Positions 10,043-17,527 of a stretch of 64,000 nt of DNA are shown piece by piece. Below the pieces are notes generated by a model that ran no database searches, was not told where the DNA came from, and saw only the letters and a list, made by a program, of their open reading frames with translations. A program made the translations under genes and the position numbers. The stretch's first letter is position 1; each line of letters starts with the position of its first letter. Origin of the DNA: a virus. The stretch covers positions 16,506-80,505 of IMG/VR virus record IMGVR_UViG_3300049995_000120; one strand, written 5' to 3'.

Positions 10043-13000
10043 ATGACCTTGCGCGTAAAAATGATACCAGAAATAAAACAGGTGGTGACTGGGGAAAGTG
10101 GTATTCACACCATCGTGCGCAAATACGCACAATATTTTCCGAAATATGGCATGGAGATTGTGGGTAAGGATGCCGATGATTTTGATATATTTGTCGTACA
10201 TGCCGGAATGATGGAAACCCCTTACCCTGCCAATGTGGCCGCGGTGAGCATGATGCACGGTTTGTATTGGACCGCTATGTACAATGCCTCAAATTGGGAA
10301 TGGAAAGCAAACGCAGATGTGATTAACTCCATGCGCCATGCGCATGTTATAACCTGTCCTAGTACCTGGGTGGCCGAAACCATTCAGCGCGATATGCACC
10401 GCAATCCTGTAGTCGTCCCACATGGCGTTGACTGGCAGGAATGGCAGCATAACGAACCCAAAGAGGGGTATGTCATCGGCTACGCCAAGAACCGAAAGGG
10501 AATGGATGTTTGCAATCCCGACTTTCTGAACCCCCTGGCCTATGCTTTCCCCGAAACCCACTTTGCCGCTACCTTCGCCCCCGACAATCCCGAACCCAAT
10601 ATCCGAGAATTCGGGGTTCTTCCGTACCCGCAGATGAAACAACTGGTACAGCGCGCCGAAGTGTTTGTTTCGTGTGTGCGTGAGACCTTCGGGATCGCTA
10701 TCCTGGAAGCGATGGCGGCGGGACTTCCGATCGTGGGCTGGCGCGAGGGCGGCATCGTGGATCTCGTGGAACATGGTGTAAATGGCTATCTCGCAAAACC
10801 AGGCGACATGGGGGATCTTTTCCAGGGGCTGGATTACTGTATGCAGCACCGCTCCCAATTGGGCGCTAACGGGCGCGAGATGGCGAAGAAATGGACGTGG
10901 GATGCCGTCTGCGAAAACCTGCATGATGTGTTCCTGTACGCAATAGCCAAGGCTAAAGAACCGCCCACCTGCGCGATTGTCATCCCTTCATATAAGTATG
11001 CGAAAGTGGTTGGGGGGGCAATTGAAAGCGCCATGCAGCAGACCTATGAGATGCTGACCGATATCGTGGTGGTCGATGACTGCTCGCCCGATGAAGGTGA
11101 GACTGAACGTTTGGTTAAAACTTATATCCAGCGCGATAAGCGCGTGAAATACATACGCCTGCCGGTAAATTCAGGTGTGGCTGTAGCGCGCAACACGGGT
11201 ATCTACAATGTAGACACCAAGTATATCTGCTGCCTGGATAGTGATGACAAGATTTTGCCGCGTTTCCTGGAGGCCTGTATTCCGCCCCTTGAAAAAGATA
11301 GGTCTCTTGGGATAACGTTCTCCAGCATGGAGGCGATTGCCCTGGATGGTAGGGTATATGAGACGCGCTGGCCACCAGATATGCCGCTTTTCGATCAGCA
11401 ACAGTCCGGCAAGAATCAAGTCCCAACCTGCTGTGTCTTCCGCCGCGAGTTGTGGAATAATTTGGGCGGCTATCGTGCGCGCTATGCCCCCGAGGGCTGT
11501 GGCTCCGAGGACGCCGAGTTTTTCCTGCGCGCCGGCGCAAATGGATGGGGTTATCAAAAGGCAACCACAGCGCGTATGTTCATCTACAGTCTGGGGGGGA
11601 ATACCACGGGGCGCAAGGACTACCGCGAGCCTAACTGGTTATCCATGCACCCTTGGACCAAGGATGGCCAGCATCCGGTAGCGTCTCTGGCGACTCCCAA
11701 GCGCGGAAGCCATCCTGCCAGGTTCTACGATAGTCCCGCCATCAGTGTGGTAATCCCCGTCGGGCCTGGGCACGAGTTTGATATCGTCAATGCTCTGGAT
11801 AGCCTGGAAGCGCAAGACTTCCGCATGTGGGAAGCCATTATTGTTCTGGATAACGTAGATGAAGAATTGATTTCACCCGTATTGAAATCTTATCCCTATA
11901 TTCGTGTTTTCAGAACGAAAGCAAATGCACAGGGGACAGGGGCCGCGCGCAACCTAGGTGCATCTCAGGCGCGCGCTGGATTGCTTGTTTTCCTGGATGC
12001 GGATGATTACCTGCTCCCTGAAGTGCTATCATCTATGCTGGACGAGTTCAGCAAGGGTGAGGCTATCGTCTATGGCGATTGTCAGGCAAACGCCATTGTT
12101 GATGATGTCAAGAAACTAGATGAACGTATGCAGCGCCAGATTCTGGAACGGAACCAAAAGACCAAGAAAACCATCATAAGATTCCCGGCAGCGGATTACA
12201 ACTGCGAACTCGCCCAATCCATGCCCAACAGCGATGACCCCGATAGCCTCTATCTGGTGGCGCATATTACCTGTCTGATCCCAAAACTCTGGCACGATGC
12301 GATTGGCGGGTTTGATGAGAAGATGGTATCATGGGAAGATGTGGACTGGCATTGGCGATTATCCAAGGCCGGCTACTGTTACCGCCGCCTGCACAAAGAT
12401 TTGTTTATGTACCAGTTATCTTCAGGAGGGCGCAGAGAGAAAGGCCGGGAAAATTGGAAGTCATTGTTGCAGTATCTGAAAGGAAAATACAAGGAGATGC
12501 CTAATGTGCCATGTCGATCTTGTGGCGGCAGGGGTACGCCTCCGCCCATAAAACAAATTGTTGATCAAGGAAGCGAGGAGAAGAAAGTTATGTTCTCTGA
12601 TGAGAGTTTAATCAAATGCGAGTATATGCACCCCAACCGGGGGCAACATTCGGTGATCGGTGCCGCCACGCGCACCAAATATGGTCAAAGGGCCGGCGGT
12701 GATGTGTTCTTTGTCCACCGCGACGACGTGGCTGCGCAGCCTATGTATTTCAGACCCATCCAATTGGATAATATATCGGTGCCGCAACCGACTGTCGCAC
12801 CACCCCCGCCTCCGCCAAGTGTGGTTGTCAACCCTGCTCAACCCGCGTCGGCACCCGTGGAGGAAACACCTGCAACCACTGAATCGATCCCTAAAAACCT
12901 GTTGACAGATGTGGAGAAACCCGAAGGGGAGAAACCCGCACCTGCTCCGGAGCCGATACCAGATATACCGGCAGGCGAGATCAAGGCGACCATAATTGGA

Positions 13001-13195
13001 GAATATGATGAACTGGATTTGCGTCTGATCCCGAGCATCACGCCGGCTATTGCGAAGCAGATGCGAGAAATTGGCTTGACCACGCCCAGAGCCATCATGG
13101 ATTCTGGACCGGAAGGATTACAGGCCATCAAAGGCGTAGGAGAGACACGCTCCCTAGTCATCGTCCAGTACGTAGCCAAAAAAGCCGGATTATGA
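10043..13195 (+). CDS. multidomain glycosyltransferase GT4 + GT2 + GT2 + CxxC + HhH
   Basis: GT4 ETFGIAILEAMAAG; GT2 IVIPSY/VVDDCSPD/ARNTG/CLDSDD/ED; second GT2 VVIPV/ARNLG/FLDADD/GGFDE/WED; C-terminal LQAIKGVG HhH. Confidence 0.9.
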   Translation: MTLRVKMIPEIKQVVTGESGIHTIVRKYAQYFPKYGMEIVGKDADDFDIFVVHAGMMETPYPANVAAVSMMHGLYWTAMYNASNWEWKANADVINSMRHAHVITCPSTWVAETIQRDMHRNPVVVPHGVDWQEWQHNEPKEGYVIGYAKNRKGMDVCNPDFLNPLAYAFPETHFAATFAPDNPEPNIREFGVLPYPQMKQLVQRAEVFVSCVRETFGIAILEAMAAGLPIVGWREGGIVDLVEHGVNGYLAKPGDMGDLFQGLDYCMQHRSQLGANGREMAKKWTWDAVCENLHDVFLYAIAKAKEPPTCAIVIPSYKYAKVVGGAIESAMQQTYEMLTDIVVVDDCSPDEGETERLVKTYIQRDKRVKYIRLPVNSGVAVARNTGIYNVDTKYICCLDSDDKILPRFLEACIPPLEKDRSLGITFSSMEAIALDGRVYETRWPPDMPLFDQQQSGKNQVPTCCVFRRELWNNLGGYRARYAPEGCGSEDAEFFLRAGANGWGYQKATTARMFIYSLGGNTTGRKDYREPNWLSMHPWTKDGQHPVASLATPKRGSHPARFYDSPAISVVIPVGPGHEFDIVNALDSLEAQDFRMWEAIIVLDNVDEELISPVLKSYPYIRVFRTKANAQGTGAARNLGASQARAGLLVFLDADDYLLPEVLSSMLDEFSKGEAIVYGDCQANAIVDDVKKLDERMQRQILERNQKTKKTIIRFPAADYNCELAQSMPNSDDPDSLYLVAHITCLIPKLWHDAIGGFDEKMVSWEDVDWHWRLSKAGYCYRRLHKDLFMYQLSSGGRREKGRENWKSLLQYLKGKYKEMPNVPCRSCGGRGTPPPIKQIVDQGSEEKKVMFSDESLIKCEYMHPNRGQHSVIGAATRTKYGQRAGGDVFFVHRDDVAAQPMYFRPIQLDNISVPQPTVAPPPPPPSVVVNPAQPASAPVEETPATTESIPKNLLTDVEKPEGEKPAPAPEPIPDIPAGEIKATIIGEYDELDLRLIPSITPAIAKQMREIGLTTPRAIMDSGPEGLQAIKGVGETRSLVIVQYVAKKAGL

Positions 13196-13240
13196 TATAA
13201 TCTTTAAGTACGTACAATTGTTTATATTACATCCGTTTCT

Positions 13241-13276
13241 GCCGAACTGACAGTTAGTCAGTTCGGCTATTTATTT
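13241..13276 (+). terminator. terminator-like hairpin
   Basis: GCCGAACTGAC-AGTTA-GTCAGTTCGGC then TATTTATTT. Confidence 0.6.
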
Positions 13277-13603
13277 ATGCAGATTATCATATTCCTGACC
13301 TTCATTCTTGCCACTTGGCGCGTTGCGCATCTATTGGCGCATGAGGACGGGCCTTTAGCCATCTTGGTTACTCTGCGTTATGGATTGGGAGTGCGGTATA
13401 CTCCTGCCCCGCCTTATGAAAAATATGGCACGAGTATATGGTCAAAAGCAATCATCTGCGTATGGTGTAATTCAGTATGGATTGGGTTAATCTATACCAT
13501 AATGTATATTATATGGCAACCTTTATGGTTGATCGCCCTCCCCTTCGCCTTGAGCGCGGGGGCAATCTTCTTGGAAGAGGTTTGTGGATTAAAGGAAACC
13601 TAA
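13277..13603 (+). CDS. DUF1360-like membrane protein
   Basis: LATWR..HL...EDGP and C.WC.SVW motifs with TM helices. Confidence 0.7.
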   Translation: MQIIIFLTFILATWRVAHLLAHEDGPLAILVTLRYGLGVRYTPAPPYEKYGTSIWSKAIICVWCNSVWIGLIYTIMYIIWQPLWLIALPFALSAGAIFLEEVCGLKET

Positions 13604-14881
13604 ATGGCGCGCGCAAGTATCCCTACCATTTTGGCTCTTGACAGGTTTCAAAAGATAATGGGAATCATCCCGCCTCATTTTGGGCAGGGGACTTCTGGTA
13701 CTCGCTTTACCAATTCTTCCTGCAGTGATGTGTGGTATCAATATAGTTGGCAAGCTCGTGACCAGGTAGCGCGCGAAGATCTGGCACTGGAGATACATGC
13801 CGCCGAAGAAGAACTGGCTGTCGCCATGGGTTATTATCCAGGCCCCAAATACACGGTGGAAGAGGACTATGATTATCCCCGCTTCCACCGCCGTGAACTC
13901 TGGCAGACGGACATGGGCAACGTGCGTTTCGCCCCCAAGAGTATCAATCTGCGGCATGGACGCTTCATAGGACCCGGGCGACGCGCTGTAACGCTGATCG
14001 GGACGGCAACGACAGCCGGCGGAACATTGGTTTATGCAGATCTGGATGGTGATGGATTCGTTGAAAATGCCAGGATTACGATACCTACCACAGTGACAGA
14101 CATTAATGAAATAAAAGCCTTTTTTCCTGGCTATGGTGGTGTCCCTGAATGGGAAATACGCACCGAGAAAGCTAAGAGCCTTGCTGGTGGCAATGTAGTG
14201 ATGGACTTTTATGTCTGGCAGTTGGTCAGCCCTGCTTTGTGGGAAGCGTTCCCGTCTGCAGATGGTATTTATCCGGTAGACTTGACGGTTCTCGCAAACC
14301 TGTTGACTTCAGTACAGGTCTATAGAGTTTACCGAGATACTACCCAGACCAGCGTTCAATTCTTATGGAATCCCGATGCGGGTTGTACCTTCTGCGGTGG
14401 GGCTGGTTGTCTGCAGTGTGGTTATGATACGGTGGATGGTTGTATTTATGCCCGTGATTTTTATACGGGAATTGTAGTGCCTGCTCCCGCATCTTATGAT
14501 GCGGCCAGCGGTGATTGGGTCAGCGTAACTTGCGATGCCTGCCGAGATCCTGATATGGTCAAGTTATGGTATGAAAGCGGCGAGATCGATGAGCGTTATT
14601 TATCTGGTTATACCCATGACCCACTTTCAGAAGATTGGGCGCGCATCATTGCCTATATGGCAACCGCGCGTTTTGAACGTCCATTCTGCACCTGCGGAAA
14701 TTCTGAGGCGCTGGCGGAATGGCTTCGAGAAGATTTGGCCTTTACCCCGCAGGGGGCAGGATCGAGGTTTACAACTGAAGACGTTACATCTTCCCCGTTT
14801 GGCACCCATCGTGGGGAAGTGATGGCCTGGATGAAGATCAAGAAACTCAAGAAACGTCGCATGGAAGGAATAACAATATGA
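13604..14881 (+). CDS. putative head-tail adaptor/neck protein, Cys-rich
   Basis: position at the start of the tail operon; AEEELA..MGY helix resembles adaptor proteins. Confidence 0.5.
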   Translation: MARASIPTILALDRFQKIMGIIPPHFGQGTSGTRFTNSSCSDVWYQYSWQARDQVAREDLALEIHAAEEELAVAMGYYPGPKYTVEEDYDYPRFHRRELWQTDMGNVRFAPKSINLRHGRFIGPGRRAVTLIGTATTAGGTLVYADLDGDGFVENARITIPTTVTDINEIKAFFPGYGGVPEWEIRTEKAKSLAGGNVVMDFYVWQLVSPALWEAFPSADGIYPVDLTVLANLLTSVQVYRVYRDTTQTSVQFLWNPDAGCTFCGGAGCLQCGYDTVDGCIYARDFYTGIVVPAPASYDAASGDWVSVTCDACRDPDMVKLWYESGEIDERYLSGYTHDPLSEDWARIIAYMATARFERPFCTCGNSEALAEWLREDLAFTPQGAGSRFTTEDVTSSPFGTHRGEVMAWMKIKKLKKRRMEGITI

Positions 14882-15174
14882 AAAAGGTAAAATGGACTTC
14901 GCCAGATGGGTATATTCACTGCCGGATGTTACCGGATAGTGAGCCTGACGAGTCTGCTGAAATGGGCATTCCGTGTGAACCCCCCGACATCAATACAATT
15001 GATTGGGAGGGGGTGAAGCGCGATTTACATAATCTTCTGGTAGAGCGTGAACTGATCGGTATGGCTGCCGTCAACCGCGCGCCAGAACTACTCAGGAGTG
15101 CGGCAACGCAGGTGTTGTATAAACGCCTGATCGCGCTCTATCAAACTCCTCTAAAGGAGGAATCAAATGGCTAA
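14878..15174 (+). CDS. hypothetical virion-associated protein
   Basis: coupled ORF inside the structural operon. Confidence 0.55.
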   Translation: MKKVKWTSPDGYIHCRMLPDSEPDESAEMGIPCEPPDINTIDWEGVKRDLHNLLVERELIGMAAVNRAPELLRSAATQVLYKRLIALYQTPLKEESNG

Positions 15175-16672
15175 AACTCCTCTTACTAGCGGCAAGACCC
15201 GAGTATTTATTATACCGGGTCGCGCTCGTGGAGATCACTCGCCATCCTATCAGTCCTGCCAGCGCATGACCGGTATTGCCTGGGGTCAGGGCGACATCAC
15301 GCGCGTGGAGTGTCCTTCGGATACTCAGTTAGACGCGTTTGAGGAATCAGCGAAGATCAAGGGGTCGAAAGACCGCCCCACAACTTCATTGGAAGGTCGC
15401 TTCCCCTTGGATGTCAAGAGTTATATCCTTGGCCTTGTACGTAAGGGTTGCTCGGTCGATGTCCAGCTTAATGCCGGCGAATGCTCTGACCCCCGTATCT
15501 TCACTGCCTTCAAAAAGAAATTGATCTTGGAGGAAGTGGATTTCACAAACTATACCACGGATGACTTGGGCGCGTTAACCTCTGGTGATCGTGCCGCGGT
15601 AAACGAGACCGGCGAAATCAGCGCAAAAGACTTGTATGAAGTAGTTCCACTGTCTTTCGCTGAACGCGCCGGTAATCTTGTTACCAACGAAGTCCTGGAT
15701 GTGGTGATCTGTGATGCTGTATCTTGCGGGGAATGTGAAGAGGAATCCGACGGTTGCCAGAAGATCTTTGCGATCACGAAATCAGCCGGCGGTTCACCTA
15801 CCACTCCAGCAGATATCGTGTTCTCCCTCAATGGTGGGGCGACGTGGTATGCGCATGATATAGATTCTTTAGGCATAGCCGAAGACCCAGATGAGTTAGA
15901 CTGCCTAGGTAACTATATCGTGGTGGTTAGTGCAGCTTCCTGCTCTTTGCATTATGCACTGAAGAGCGAATTTGATGGTGTAACAGATCCAACTTTCACC
16001 GAAATCGCTACTGGCTTTGTGGTCGGTGGTTGCCCAGCCGCGATCAAGAGCGTAGGAAACTATGCCTTTATTGCAGGCAAAAACGGCTATGTCTATGGAA
16101 CGTCAGACCCGACTGCGGGTGTGAGCGTCCTGGATGCCGGCGTGGCAACAGCCGATGATCTTTACGCGGTGGATGCACTGGATTCAGAATTCGCTGTAGC
16201 AGTGGGCGAGAACAGTGCCATCATCAAAACTGAAGATGGCGTTACCTGGTCTGCTGTAGGTGGGCCGCCCGGACTCGGTATCGGCGTAACCTTTTACACA
16301 GTAGCCCTCAAGAGCCAGACAGAATGGTGGATTGGCACCAGCAATGGTCGTCTGTACGCCACTTATGACGGGGGCGTTACCTGGGTACTCCAGGCATTCC
16401 CCGGCTCTAGCACTGGTGTCGTGTACTTTGTCACCTTTGCCACCGACTCAGTCATGTACCTGGCGCATCAAACCGCCTTGACCAAAGGGCGCATCCTGCG
16501 CTCCTACGATGGCGGACACGAATGGGTGGTTCTCCCTGAAAGCACCGGAACAATTCCGGCTAATGACCGCATCAACGCACTGGCGGTCTGCACACTTGAT
16601 CCGAACATGGTGGTGGGCGTCGGTTTGGCCGATCTCTCTGCCGATGGCTTCATCGTGGTTGGTTCAGGCTAA
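15167..16672 (+). CDS. major tail tube protein with C-terminal BNR/Asp-box beta-propeller
   Basis: strong AAGGAGG SD; lies directly upstream of chaperone and tape measure; Asp-boxes SLNGGATW, TEDGVTW, TYDGGVTW, SYDGGHEW. Confidence 0.65.
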   Translation: MAKTPLTSGKTRVFIIPGRARGDHSPSYQSCQRMTGIAWGQGDITRVECPSDTQLDAFEESAKIKGSKDRPTTSLEGRFPLDVKSYILGLVRKGCSVDVQLNAGECSDPRIFTAFKKKLILEEVDFTNYTTDDLGALTSGDRAAVNETGEISAKDLYEVVPLSFAERAGNLVTNEVLDVVICDAVSCGECEEESDGCQKIFAITKSAGGSPTTPADIVFSLNGGATWYAHDIDSLGIAEDPDELDCLGNYIVVVSAASCSLHYALKSEFDGVTDPTFTEIATGFVVGGCPAAIKSVGNYAFIAGKNGYVYGTSDPTAGVSVLDAGVATADDLYAVDALDSEFAVAVGENSAIIKTEDGVTWSAVGGPPGLGIGVTFYTVALKSQTEWWIGTSNGRLYATYDGGVTWVLQAFPGSSTGVVYFVTFATDSVMYLAHQTALTKGRILRSYDGGHEWVVLPESTGTIPANDRINALAVCTLDPNMVVGVGLADLSADGFIVVGSG

Positions 16673-16746
16673 AATCTGTTCCAAGCGTGGAGGGCCAGGA
16701 AACTGGCTCTCCACTACACTTGAATATTCTTCGTACTGGAGATAAT

Positions 16747-17274
16747 ATGACTAAAGAAAAGATTGCCGCATTAGCCGTCGCTGAAGAACTAGCAAACCAA
16801 GACGGCATCTTGACCCTCTCGACAGGATATCGAGCAAAGATCAGACCGGTCAGCGCCCAACTCCTGGACAGCGCAATGAGCAGGATCAAGGACCCGCCCG
16901 TTCCAGAAATTTATCTGGAAGAAAAAGGGCGGAATGAACCTAATCCCAACGACCCGCAGTATTTGAAAGACCTCGATGAGGCCAACCACAAGCGCAGTAT
17001 GGCTTCGGTTGACGTATTGATTTTGATGGGTGTTCAGCTTGTCGATCCCGTACCCAATGATATTGAATGGCTTGTGGGCTTACAGCAATTGGAGCGCCTT
17101 GGCTTATTTGACCTATCTCCCTATGATTTAACCAATGAACGAGATCGGGAGTTTGTGTTCAAGCGCTTTGTGGCCGTTGGAAATGAAGACCTGAAAATGA
17201 TTACTGCAAAGATGGGTATCACGGAGGCCGACATCAAAGCCGCCGAGGCCGCCTTTTCAGGTAACAAGGCATGA
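16747..17274 (+). CDS. tail assembly chaperone (gpG-like)
   Basis: between tail tube and tape measure; GGAG SD; ends at a slippery TTTT run. Confidence 0.7.
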   Translation: MTKEKIAALAVAEELANQDGILTLSTGYRAKIRPVSAQLLDSAMSRIKDPPVPEIYLEEKGRNEPNPNDPQYLKDLDEANHKRSMASVDVLILMGVQLVDPVPNDIEWLVGLQQLERLGLFDLSPYDLTNERDREFVFKRFVAVGNEDLKMITAKMGITEADIKAAEAAFSGNKA

Positions 17275-17527
17275 TGAGGATATACGGGAATATCCCGTAA
17301 ATCCCAAGTATCAGGTCGCGACAGGAATAAAACACTCGCAGCGCTTCGCGGAATGGGAAGCCTGCATTACCGCCAGATTGGATATCTGGCGATGGGAGAA
17401 CAACTTATATACGCCGCAGTTGAAGTCTTATGTACTGGCGTGGTATAACCTGCATAACTTGGTGCTCCTCCACGAGGAAGAGGCCAAGGCCGAAAAGCAG
17501 GAACGGGAGTCAAAGAGTAAATCGTAA
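17255..17527 (+). CDS. frameshift extension of the tail assembly chaperone (gpT-like)
   Basis: +1 frame is open 17201-17527 with no ATG, reads FQVTRHDEDIREYP...KSKS*, and its TAA overlaps the tape measure ATG. Confidence 0.7.
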   Translation, partial: FQVTRHDEDIREYPVNPKYQVATGIKHSQRFAEWEACITARLDIWRWENNLYTPQLKSYVLAWYNLHNLVLLHEEEAKAEKQERESKSKS

